A stretch of DNA of 64,000 nucleotides, from NCBI GenBank assembly GCA_012965045.1, contig DTSZ01000001.1:503763-567762 (forward strand). Reading direction: 5' to 3'. The translations under genes and the position numbers were made by a program. This document shows, piece by piece, positions 9,705 through 18,285 of the stretch. Under the pieces are notes generated by a model. That model searched no databases, was not told the origin of the DNA, and was given only the letters and a program-made list of their open reading frames with translations. Position 1 is the stretch's first letter, and each line of letters opens with the position of its first letter. This DNA comes from Candidatus Saccharimonadota bacterium (GTDB taxonomy: Bacteria; Patescibacteriota; Saccharimonadia; Saccharimonadales; DTSZ01).

Positions 9705-11054
9705 CTAGAATACTGCGGTAGCAATATACACGATAGACGTATTGTATACGCCAGTCGGTGTAGTGATGTTTGCCGTACCACCAAAGTCAATTACTAACAT
9801 TTCGTCGTCTAACACTGTAGAGCTTGAAGCAATTGTGTCAGCTGTTAGGTCGTTAGCAACGAATGTGTATTGAGCAGGTGTATCGTATTCTGCGTCTTCA
9901 GCTAGGTTCGAAGTCGTACCGTTGGTTACGTCAATTGATGAAATTGTCATACCAAAGTTTTCAGTACCAGCTACGATCGCTGCTTCTGTAGCACCAACTG
10001 CGTTAATACAGCCGTTCACTTGCGAGGCGGCGCCGTCAGTACAGTCTGCACCATTCTTAGAAAGGTAGCCGTCGTTGGTGTCGTTTGCACCACCAACACC
10101 ACCACCGCCGTCGTCGTTGACGTCTTGGCCAGCGTCGGCGAAGTAGCTAATAGTTGCACCATTAGCAGCGTTGGTTCTAATCATGGCATAGGCGTTACTG
10201 TCTTCGGCTGAAGCAGTGTTAACGCTTGTTGAATCTAAGACACCCATGTCAATGTCATTGCCGCTTATGTCATCACAGTCGTTTGTGGTCGCTGCGTCAG
10301 TATCACCGACACAGAACTCTAAGACTTCCTGAACTCGAGCTGTAATAGTTAGCGTGTCAACAGTACTCATTGCGATACCGCCGTCATCTTCGTAAGAAGA
10401 CGTTAAGTCTTGTGCATCAGCATCATTGTCTGCGTACAAACGAGCATAGAATGAACCAAAGTTGTTGGCACCAGCGGTGTCACTTGGGTTAATAATGTCC
10501 GCAGTTGCATCAACAGGAGAAAGAGTTATACGTACATATCGTTCAGTTGAATAGTTTGCACTTGTTGAATGTTCAATTACAAGCGTTGTTCCGTCTGATC
10601 GAAGCGTGTCAGTTATAGCTTCTTCATCAAAACTCCAGTCAGCAGAGACATCAGTTGGAGATGCAAAACCAGAGTTGTCGTCCGTTTCAACAGTTAGGGT
10701 GACGTTGTCTGACACATCACCGTCGTTGTCGGTGTCAAAGTCCGGTACATCTAAACCTTCGGTAGCAGTACAAGCGTCAGATGGAATTGGACTGTTAGAA
10801 CAGAACTCAAGCGTATATCCTTCAAAGTCAGCCACGGTCGTTGTGTCGCCCGGGTTGAAGTAAAACTCGTGAGTATAGGTAACTCCAACCGCACTAACGC
10901 GGCTATCTGAGATCGCGATAGATCGTTGGTCTAATTGCGCTGCGTCAACGCGTTGAGCGCTGAGCATAAATGGTGCGAAGCTAGCAAAAACTAATGCAGC
11001 TATCTGCAACCACGCAGCAACAGACGAATTTAAATTAATATTGAAGTGTTTCAT
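9705..11054 (-). CDS. Secreted acidic surface protein, tandem duplicate copy 2 (C-terminus ...SIVYIATAVF)
   Basis: 449 aa. AGGAG lies 8 nt upstream of ATG 11054. Identical to copy 1 apart from the last ~21 codons. Confidence 0.8.
   Translation of the reverse strand: MKHFNINLNSSVAAWLQIAALVFASFAPFMLSAQRVDAAQLDQRSIAISDSRVSAVGVTYTHEFYFNPGDTTTVADFEGYTLEFCSNSPIPSDACTATEGLDVPDFDTDNDGDVSDNVTLTVETDDNSGFASPTDVSADWSFDEEAITDTLRSDGTTLVIEHSTSANYSTERYVRITLSPVDATADIINPSDTAGANNFGSFYARLYADNDADAQDLTSSYEDDGGIAMSTVDTLTITARVQEVLEFCVGDTDAATTNDCDDISGNDIDMGVLDSTSVNTASAEDSNAYAMIRTNAANGATISYFADAGQDVNDDGGGGVGGANDTNDGYLSKNGADCTDGAASQVNGCINAVGATEAAIVAGTENFGMTISSIDVTNGTTSNLAEDAEYDTPAQYTFVANDLTADTIASSSTVLDDEMLVIDFGGTANITTPTGVYNTSIVYIATAVF
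9772..11054 (-). repeat. Tandem duplication block, copy 2
   Basis: See 8254-9536. Confidence 0.85.
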
Positions 11055-11175
11055 TTTGAAACTCCTTAATTTTTGTTTTTATTTTTTAAACCCACGCCTC
11101 AAAGGCATTGTTTTTTTATTTTTGCCTACGTGTAGTTACTTTTTACCATAAGTGTTTTATAAAAAGCAAATTATT

Positions 11176-11922
11176 TTAATACGTAGCTGTGGCTACTAAA
11201 ATATGATCCATTGAAAATTCTCCACCTTCTGTTAATGGACCCGCGTTTGCAATATAGCTAATTGTAAAGTCTGTTTGCCCAGTTGATTCAGTTGATTCAG
11301 CGATGGTTTCTCCAACGTTGTATCTAAATTGGTTAGCCGTACCATAGCCAGCCGCAACGGTAGCAAAACTAAAACTGGCATCCGGAACCTGAGTAGGGTC
11401 AGCGCCGAAGGTTGTTGGGCTCGTATTAGCAACTAAGTTCATGCCGAACTGCTCGGTGCCCGTAGAAGATGGCCCTGTTGATGTCATTGGGTCAAGTGTG
11501 GCTGGGCCATTGGAAGGTGGTTGGCTAAGCGTTTGCACCACCACGCCGTCGGCATTATAAGCACCAACACTAAACGTTGCTGTGCCCGTACCAGTAGTAG
11601 ATGTATCAATAAGCCCCAATCCTACTTCGCCACCGTTGACTGTAAACAACAGTGTTGGCTCAGCGTCCGTCGTAAAGCCAGCCAATAAGTTATAGCTAGC
11701 AGAGCTCGATTCGCCAGCCCCAATATCACCAAGATTACCTTGCAAGTTGTAGCCGGAGGAGTTTGCGTCACTGGTGCCAGCCGGACCAATAAAAAACTCG
11801 CCAAGATTATAGCTATTAGAGCTTGGCGCCTGTGCCAAGACGCTATTAATCGAGTTTAATGCAACTAGTAAAGCAATAAAAACGTATCTGGAAACCCTAT
11901 TAAACATAAGAACATTGTGCAT
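11176..11922 (-). CDS. Secreted surface protein, short paralog (three S-x-YNL repeats, C-terminus ...ILVATATY)
   Basis: 248 aa with a signal peptide (FIALLVALNSINSVLAQA). Contains SNSYNLGEFFIG / SSGYNLQGNLGDIG / SASYNLLAGF. FGMNLVANTSPT resembles FGLNLRANTQP of 7074..8174. Ends in an aromatic residue. Confidence 0.7.
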   Translation of the reverse strand: MHNVLMFNRVSRYVFIALLVALNSINSVLAQAPSSNSYNLGEFFIGPAGTSDANSSGYNLQGNLGDIGAGESSSASYNLLAGFTTDAEPTLLFTVNGGEVGLGLIDTSTTGTGTATFSVGAYNADGVVVQTLSQPPSNGPATLDPMTSTGPSSTGTEQFGMNLVANTSPTTFGADPTQVPDASFSFATVAAGYGTANQFRYNVGETIAESTESTGQTDFTISYIANAGPLTEGGEFSMDHILVATATY

Positions 11923-12005
11923 TGAACTGTCGAATCAATCAACCTAACTTGCAAGCTAACAGGCATAAGCAGTATTATTAATGTAATCGAGGAGTATTGT
12001 AAGAG

Positions 12006-12959
12006 GTGGCGGAAGAAGAAACAAAAACAACTGATAATTCGAATGAGCCAACTGGCGAGCAAAAACCTGGCTTAGATTCGCAGGTAGCGCTCGATTCTTT
12101 TGATAAAAAGGAAGAAAAGAAAAAGAAGGGCTTTTTAAGTAACTTTAAAACCTTTAATCCGTTCTTTATAGCAATTGGCGGGATCTTTGTCGTTGTTTTA
12201 GTTGTACTAATTATTGTTTTTACTGGCAGTGAACCAGACACTTTTATAGGAGCAGACTTAAGCGAAGACGAACTAACCTCATTGATATCTGACAGCAGCG
12301 AAAATGAATCAACCGGCCAAGTTCTGCGAATTGGCCCAGCTACAGAATTTTCTCAAGACGTATCAGTGCTCCAAGATGTCGAAATCGTTGGTAACTTAGT
12401 TGTAGCAGGTGAAATCATTAGTGCAAATTCATCGCTGGCTGGACAAAACGCCGAAGACCCAACACAGGCTGGCGGCGACGACTTGCAAGTTGACGGCGAC
12501 GCACTATTTTCTGGAAACATCGCCACTCAAGGGTCATTAACAGTTAACGGTACACTTACTGTTAATAGCTCTATAACTGCTACATCAATTACAGCCACAA
12601 CCATAAATTCTACTGGCGACGCCACATTCTCGCGCCACATAGTGTCTAACGCCACGCTGGTTGTAGTTTCAACTGGATCTGCCGCAGGTTCTGGCGGAAC
12701 AACATCTGCTAGTGGAAACGACATTGCTGGTACGGTCACAATCAATACTGGTAGCGCCACAACAGCCGGCGTTTTAGCAAACATTGGCTTCCAGCAAGCC
12801 TATGGCAGCACGCCGAGCGTAGTTATTACTCCAGTCACCTCAGCAGCCGCCTTAACAGAGTATTTTGTAACCAGAACTACCACAGGATTTACTATCCAAA
12901 CAAACATTGCACCACCTATCGGCTCTACACTACAGTTTGATTACCATATTATTGAATAA
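12006..12959 (+). CDS. Membrane-anchored hypothetical protein (charged N-terminus, one TM, Thr/Ser/Gly-rich ectodomain)
   Basis: 317 aa with a GTG start and GAGGAG 10 nt upstream. TM segment FFIAIGGIFVVVLVVLIIVF. The C-terminal ~90 aa (DIAGTVTINTG...GFQQAYGSTPSVVITP...YFVTRTTTGFTIQT...LQFDYHIIE) looks like a small beta-sandwich/lectin-like domain (inference). Confidence 0.6.
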   Translation: MAEEETKTTDNSNEPTGEQKPGLDSQVALDSFDKKEEKKKKGFLSNFKTFNPFFIAIGGIFVVVLVVLIIVFTGSEPDTFIGADLSEDELTSLISDSSENESTGQVLRIGPATEFSQDVSVLQDVEIVGNLVVAGEIISANSSLAGQNAEDPTQAGGDDLQVDGDALFSGNIATQGSLTVNGTLTVNSSITATSITATTINSTGDATFSRHIVSNATLVVVSTGSAAGSGGTTSASGNDIAGTVTINTGSATTAGVLANIGFQQAYGSTPSVVITPVTSAAALTEYFVTRTTTGFTIQTNIAPPIGSTLQFDYHIIE

Positions 12960-12960
12960 A

Positions 12961-13767
12961 CTAAATACGAATTACGCCGTAGGCGCTTAATATACCAACC
13001 GCAAAGACAACGATCACAAGCATTGTTACTTGTAGTAAGCTGCGGTATACAGCTTTTTTCGATAGAGGGTTACGACCAATAGAAACCAAAGCTGTTCGAA
13101 TAGCCCCAAGAAGCAACGCAACTGAGACAATGGTGCTAACCAAAATCAATATAACCGCACCAATAATTTTAGTCGTCGACACCGGTTTACCGGCTAGACT
13201 TTCACCAAGGCGTGTAACGAATGCCGGCAGTAAGCTCGCAGACCCTTCTGGTTGAACCTGAATCTGAATAGTCCCCAGCGCAACCTCGCGCGATGAACCA
13301 TCTTCAAGTTCGACGGTTTTACGGCTCTTTGCGTCCTCTGTGCCGGCAAAATCTTGCAAAGCAGTTCCAATACTAGCTTTATCGGTAGAAGCCCGTTGCG
13401 CAACGCCAGAGATCGGAGAAATAGACAATTGATCGCCAGCTTTAATCGGCCCGTTAGCGTCACTTACAAAGGCCATAGCTTGGCCGAGGGTCGTTACAAA
13501 TAAATTGTCATCTTGGTTTTGCAAGCGAATACTATTGTCGCTAATTGATGTCACGACTCCAAAGAGTTTCTCGGCATTGGTTGGTGCTGGTTCAACTGTT
13601 CGATCTGCTTCGTTTTTTAAAACTACAATGGTGCCGGGTGGTATTTCGGTTTCTGACTTATACGATGCTGACACATTAGCTTGAGCAACAACTAACCCAG
13701 TCGATGCCAATAGCCCAACGAGAACCAATAGGTACGGAATAGTAAACTGTTTAATATGTTTTTTCAT
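12961..13767 (-). CDS. Secreted-domain protein with a C-terminal two-TM hairpin (loop SIGRNPLSKK)
   Basis: 268 aa with a signal peptide, a ~190-aa soluble domain and two C-terminal hydrophobic helices separated by GRNP. Lies 69 nt downstream of atpC on the same strand. Confidence 0.6.
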   Translation of the reverse strand: MKKHIKQFTIPYLLVLVGLLASTGLVVAQANVSASYKSETEIPPGTIVVLKNEADRTVEPAPTNAEKLFGVVTSISDNSIRLQNQDDNLFVTTLGQAMAFVSDANGPIKAGDQLSISPISGVAQRASTDKASIGTALQDFAGTEDAKSRKTVELEDGSSREVALGTIQIQVQPEGSASLLPAFVTRLGESLAGKPVSTTKIIGAVILILVSTIVSVALLLGAIRTALVSIGRNPLSKKAVYRSLLQVTMLVIVVFAVGILSAYGVIRI

Positions 13768-13836
13768 TTTTGATTGCCTGTACCTATAGTAGCGTAAAAT
13801 AAGTGGTTGACAATAGTTATGCGTAATAAACTACTG

Positions 13837-14130
13837 TTAAACGTCGACAAAAACTGTTACCGCATTCGCATTAACATGAATCACGCCAAACTCAACGGGT
13901 ATTTTTTCTTCGTGGTCTTTGTCTTTGCGAACCAACACTTCACACGGCTCTAAAATAGATAAAAAGTTTGCATGGCCACCTAAAATATCGAACGGACCGG
14001 TTTTATTTAAGGCGCTGACGCTCTCGGCCTCACCTTCATAAAACACCTCAAATTGTGACTGCACTTTTACTTTGAGAACTGCATCAATATTTTTAGTATT
14101 TTTTTGCTCATACGCTTGGTCGTAACTCAC
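13837..14130 (-). CDS. atpC: F-type ATP synthase epsilon subunit, short form (beta-sandwich only)
   Basis: 97 aa with a GTG start. GPFDILGGHANFLSILEPCEVLV and FGVIHVNANAVTVFV match the epsilon N-domain pattern. Sits last in the operon. Confidence 0.7.
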   Translation of the reverse strand: MSYDQAYEQKNTKNIDAVLKVKVQSQFEVFYEGEAESVSALNKTGPFDILGGHANFLSILEPCEVLVRKDKDHEEKIPVEFGVIHVNANAVTVFVDV

Positions 14131-14168
14131 TGGTTAGTTCTCATTTCACCGTTTACAATTTTCATTTC

Positions 14169-14203
14169 TCTCTACTCTCTACTCTCTACTCTCTACTCTC
14201 TAC
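14169..14203. repeat. Heptanucleotide tandem repeat (TCTCTAC)x5 in the atpD-atpC spacer
   Basis: Read directly. Five perfect 7-mers fill 14169-14203. On the coding strand the unit is (GTAGAGA)x5. Confidence 0.95.
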
Positions 14204-14212
14204 TTAAGTAGC

Positions 14213-15514
14213 CTAGACTACTATTTCTTCAATCCCTTGTAAGGTTTGGTCGAGCTCAAAAAACTGTCCTTTTCGTCCGTTTAAACTTTCGGTAACAAAA
14301 AAATCTTGAGTAAAGAATTCGATTAGTTTCTTGGCTTTATTATAGTCAGCTCTGTCACCGGCACTCAGTTCGTTTTCACCGATGATGGCAATAATGTTTT
14401 TCAACGATTCATACTTTTGCAGAATGGCTTTCACTCGCCCAGCTAGCTGATAGTGACGCTCACCAACAATGTCTGGTGACAGTAGCGATGAGTTGGTTCG
14501 AATAATGTCTACCGCAGGGCGTATGCCTTGTTCGGCAACTTTACGACTTAGCACAATAACGCTGTCCAACTCGTGACTGATCATCTGTACCGCTGGGTCA
14601 GAAATATCGTCAGCTGGAACGTAAATAGTTTGTACAGCGGTGATTGATCCGTTGCTGTTAGAGCTCAAACGGTCTTGCAGTGATTTAATGTCAGAATAAA
14701 TGGTGGACTGGTAGCCACCTTGGCTCGGCACCTGCCCCAAAATGGTTGATAGCTCGTTTCGAGCCTGCACATACCGGTAAATGTTGTCCGCAAAAAACAG
14801 AATGTCTTTTTTCTCCTCGTCGCGGAAATACTCAGCCAAAGTCACAGCGGCGGTGGCGATCAATGACCGCATACCCGGGTTCTCGTTCATTTGCCCGAAG
14901 TACATGGCGGTATTTTGCAGTAGTTTTCGTTCTTTTAGGGTTTCATACAACTCGTGACCCTCACGAATACGCTCACCTATACCGGCGAACATCGCCAAGC
15001 CAGAGCCAGACTTCGACACGTTGTTAATCATCTCCATGGTAAGGACCGTCTTCCCAACACCGGCACCACCGACAATACCAATTTTTCGTCCTTTAACGAA
15101 TGGGGTAAAGAAATCAAGCACCTTAATACCGGTGATTAAGATTTCTGGTTTTTGGATACCAGCTTCACCCGACTTCCCAGTAGCTCCGTAAATAGGGCGT
15201 GTTTCGGTCATGTCGACTTCTGGGCCGTCGTCCATCGGTTGACCGAGGGCGTTAAATATCCGCCCCAAGGTGTGCATTCCAACCGGCACTTCAATGCCTT
15301 TCATGGTTCGTTTGGCCGCCATGCCTTTATACAAGGCTTTGTCGCCTTTAAGATTCAAGCAGACCGCCACGGTTTGGCTTGTAAATGACCTGACTTGTAG
15401 TGGTGGTTTTGTGTCGCAGTCGGCTTCTAGAAGTTCGTACAAATTCGGCATTTCATCGACAAATTCGACTTCTACCATTAAGCCTTTAATAGATCTAATC
15501 GTGCCTGCACTCAT
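14213..15514 (-). CDS. atpD: F-type ATP synthase beta subunit
   Basis: 433 aa. Walker A GGAGVGKTV, GERIREG, FFADNIYRY, YVPADDISDPA. Confidence 0.9.
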   Translation of the reverse strand: MSAGTIRSIKGLMVEVEFVDEMPNLYELLEADCDTKPPLQVRSFTSQTVAVCLNLKGDKALYKGMAAKRTMKGIEVPVGMHTLGRIFNALGQPMDDGPEVDMTETRPIYGATGKSGEAGIQKPEILITGIKVLDFFTPFVKGRKIGIVGGAGVGKTVLTMEMINNVSKSGSGLAMFAGIGERIREGHELYETLKERKLLQNTAMYFGQMNENPGMRSLIATAAVTLAEYFRDEEKKDILFFADNIYRYVQARNELSTILGQVPSQGGYQSTIYSDIKSLQDRLSSNSNGSITAVQTIYVPADDISDPAVQMISHELDSVIVLSRKVAEQGIRPAVDIIRTNSSLLSPDIVGERHYQLAGRVKAILQKYESLKNIIAIIGENELSAGDRADYNKAKKLIEFFTQDFFVTESLNGRKGQFFELDQTLQGIEEIVV

Positions 15515-15515
15515 C

Positions 15516-16358
15516 TTATGACTCCGCCAATCGCATAGAGTTAGTGATTTCTTTTAGGCGCTCGTCGGCAATCGCTCGTTTTGCACGAGAAAAGGTTAGT
15601 CGCAGTTCGGCTGAAGACTCTTTAGCTTTGTCGTTTGCAGCTGACATCGCTTTAAATCGCGATGCATACTGAGCCAGCTTTGATTCTAGAATAATTTGGG
15701 CTAAGGCCACACCAAGCATGGTTGACTCCAAATAACCGATTACTTCTGCCACCGATGGTTCAAAAATATAGGTTTGATCGGCGATTATATCCTCGTCGTC
15801 CTCAACATCTTCACTCAAATTCTTAACAGCAGCTTGCAAGCTTAGACGCTTAACGTCTTGAACTGTCAGCGACACATAGGTTTGGTAAAACGCGGTTGTC
15901 TTAGGGTACTTAATCACCTCCTGAATAATTGGCGTTACTTCAATGTTTTCGTCGTCTTTTGGTAGTTTCACATACTTTTCAATACTTACGCCGCGCTGCG
16001 ACAATTGCACCGCGCCGTGGTGACCAATAACGATAATGTCGGCTTTATCCTTGTCGTACTGCGTTAACATCCACTCAATAAGCTTTTGGTCAATGTCACC
16101 ACTAAAGCCACCTTCGGCCGTGATGACAATAAATAGTTCTTTTTCTTTGGTTGGTTTAACCGTAAATTCACTAATATCGTCGTCGGTTCGAAGCTTGGTA
16201 TATAGACGCCATAGATCATCAAAAAAACCCTTACTAGCTAATACTTGGTTCTTGACCTTGGCAATCTGCATACTAGCAATGGTTGAAAACACATTCGACA
16301 ATTTCGAAATGGTGCCAATCTGCTCAATCTCTGTGCCAATCTGTGCTAAACTGCTCAT
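15516..16358 (-). CDS. atpG: F-type ATP synthase gamma subunit
   Basis: 280 aa. C-terminal RFKAMSAANDKA...FSRAKRAIADERLKEI matches the gamma C-helix pattern. Located between atpA and atpD. Confidence 0.8.
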   Translation of the reverse strand: MSSLAQIGTEIEQIGTISKLSNVFSTIASMQIAKVKNQVLASKGFFDDLWRLYTKLRTDDDISEFTVKPTKEKELFIVITAEGGFSGDIDQKLIEWMLTQYDKDKADIIVIGHHGAVQLSQRGVSIEKYVKLPKDDENIEVTPIIQEVIKYPKTTAFYQTYVSLTVQDVKRLSLQAAVKNLSEDVEDDEDIIADQTYIFEPSVAEVIGYLESTMLGVALAQIILESKLAQYASRFKAMSAANDKAKESSAELRLTFSRAKRAIADERLKEITNSMRLAES

Positions 16359-17779
16359 TTTTTAACCTCTACCACGACTGCTTTAGAGATTTCTTCAATT
16401 ATTTTTTTATAGGACGCTTCATCAGTTGCTTGCGATGCTTTTTCGTTGGCCAATTTTTTGAGGTCATTAATATCTAGCAGGGTTTTTGTATCGGTGTTTA
16501 AAACAATATCCAGCATTATTTCTTGTGCCATAAGGCTATAGGCGTCGTTAATGCCCTGTGTAAACAACTCGGTTATTCGCTTACCCATCTCTAGATCAGA
16601 TTGGGCTTCCAAGGCCAACTCAGAACCAAAGTGCGCAAATTCAGCAGCTTGGTGATAGGCGGCAAGCCGTTTTAGGGCAACTGTCGCCAAAGTTTTGTGG
16701 TTTTTGGTCTGACCAAGGCCACCAACACGTGACACACTTAAACCAGTGTTCACAGCTGGCTTTATTCCCGACCTAAAAATATCCAAATCAAAAATAATCT
16801 GTCCGTCAGTAATCGACATAATGTTGGTTGGCAGGTAAGCAGTTGCGTCGCCACCTGGCACCAACACGACTGGAATCGACGACAACGTTTTGCCGTTACT
16901 AGCAACGCGCCCAGCCCGTTCTAAAAGGCTCGAATGAGCAAAGAACATGTCTCCTGGATAGGAATCTCGACCAGGGCTAACACCGGACAACAGTGAAATT
17001 TCTCGATATATTTGCGCATGAGTAGTGAGGTCATCATACATAATTATGACGTCGCGGTTTTCTTCCAGCCATAAGTGTTCGGCCATAGCACACGCCACAT
17101 AGGGGGTTAGATACGAGGTGACTAATGAATCAAAAATAGTCGACACAACAACGATGACGTTCTCCATTGCACCTTGCTCTTCGAGTTTTTGTAGCAGTGC
17201 GTCAATTTCGGCTTTTCGCTTTGCGACTAGCGCTAACACTACAATTCGATCAGTGTTTTTTTGGTTTATCGCAATTTGCGACAAAAAAGTCGACTTACCA
17301 GACTTGCTGTCACCCAAAATTGCAATACGCTGACCAAGCACCACTGGGAATAGCGTGTCAACTAAAGTCACGCCAGTTTCAAGCGGATCGGCTAGTTCTT
17401 GACGCTTAATAAGTGGCGGTGCTTCCCGAAACACCGGCCAGACTCCGTCTGGTGCAATGGCTTCTTTACCATCAAGTGGCTGACCAGTTGGCGAGACCAC
17501 TCGTCCAATAAAATCCTTACCAATTTTTGCGACAAGCTCATGGTGCTGTAGCACCACCGACATACCTGGTTTGACTGGATTAGTACCAAGATGCAACAGC
17601 ACAACGTGATCGGTTCGCACTTCGCGTACCAAGCCTTTGCTGCCATCTTCAAACATAACCAGCGCATTCAATTGAATTGGCTGTAACCCTTTTGCACGAA
17701 CCAAAAAATCCTCAACAGCTATAACTTCACCCAGGACCTTTTGACGCTCGACTAAATTTTTAAAGTGTTTGTCGCTCAT
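16355..17779 (-). CDS. atpA: F-type ATP synthase alpha subunit
   Basis: 474 aa. Walker A GDSKSGKST, PGRDSYPGDMFFAHSSLLERA, SITDGQI. Overlaps atpG and atpH by 4 nt each. Confidence 0.9.
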   Translation of the reverse strand: MSDKHFKNLVERQKVLGEVIAVEDFLVRAKGLQPIQLNALVMFEDGSKGLVREVRTDHVVLLHLGTNPVKPGMSVVLQHHELVAKIGKDFIGRVVSPTGQPLDGKEAIAPDGVWPVFREAPPLIKRQELADPLETGVTLVDTLFPVVLGQRIAILGDSKSGKSTFLSQIAINQKNTDRIVVLALVAKRKAEIDALLQKLEEQGAMENVIVVVSTIFDSLVTSYLTPYVACAMAEHLWLEENRDVIIMYDDLTTHAQIYREISLLSGVSPGRDSYPGDMFFAHSSLLERAGRVASNGKTLSSIPVVLVPGGDATAYLPTNIMSITDGQIIFDLDIFRSGIKPAVNTGLSVSRVGGLGQTKNHKTLATVALKRLAAYHQAAEFAHFGSELALEAQSDLEMGKRITELFTQGINDAYSLMAQEIMLDIVLNTDTKTLLDINDLKKLANEKASQATDEASYKKIIEEISKAVVVEVKK

Positions 17780-18285
17780 GCCGTTACCTTTGTTGATCCT
17801 GCCCGTAGTTTTTCACCAAGGGCTAATGGGGAATTGTGAAGAATTGTTCGCCACGAATGGTCGTAGCGTTGGCGGTCGGTCGTAAGCAAAAAACCACCAG
17901 CTATTTGCGGTTGGACAGAATATAAAATAATTGCTGACTGGTCGAGCTTACCACGCACCCATTCTATAAGTTCTTGCATAAAATCTGACTCAGGCTCACC
18001 AGCAAAAACGAACCGTAACACCGGCGCATGGTCAACTAAATAGCGAAGTTCACTAATGATTGCATCGATCCCGCTTTCATTCAGCTCAAGGCCTTCGTTT
18101 TCTTCTACGAACACCCGTAAACGCTCCGTTGGCTTAAGCGCCGCTACGGTTGAACCTTCAATAGACCGAGCAATAATATTTTCGCGTAAGGCTTCGACCT
18201 CACGAATCGTCTCAATAATGTCTCGTCGAGTAACGATCCGTTTAGGCAGTTTTAGTAGGGTTTTTTGTTTTGTGTTTTGGCTCAT
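17776..18285 (-). CDS. atpH: F-type ATP synthase delta (OSCP) subunit
   Basis: 169 aa. The C-terminal QPQIAGGFLLTTDRQRYDHSWRTIL matches the OSCP pattern (liGG...D.S). Operon position agrees. Confidence 0.7.
   Translation of the reverse strand: MSQNTKQKTLLKLPKRIVTRRDIIETIREVEALRENIIARSIEGSTVAALKPTERLRVFVEENEGLELNESGIDAIISELRYLVDHAPVLRFVFAGEPESDFMQELIEWVRGKLDQSAIILYSVQPQIAGGFLLTTDRQRYDHSWRTILHNSPLALGEKLRAGSTKVTA

Noticed and set aside
8502-10863. Duplicated plus-strand ORFs (8502..8693 = 10020..10211; 9088..9345 = 10606..10863)
   Set aside because: They are antisense to the duplicated surface-protein genes. Their duplication only reflects the DNA repeat. No RBS or meaningful composition.
14169-14203. 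Possible CRISPR or other spaced-repeat array
   Set aside because: The units are contiguous 7-mers without spacers, so this is a microsatellite. I saw no repeat-spacer architecture anywhere in the window.
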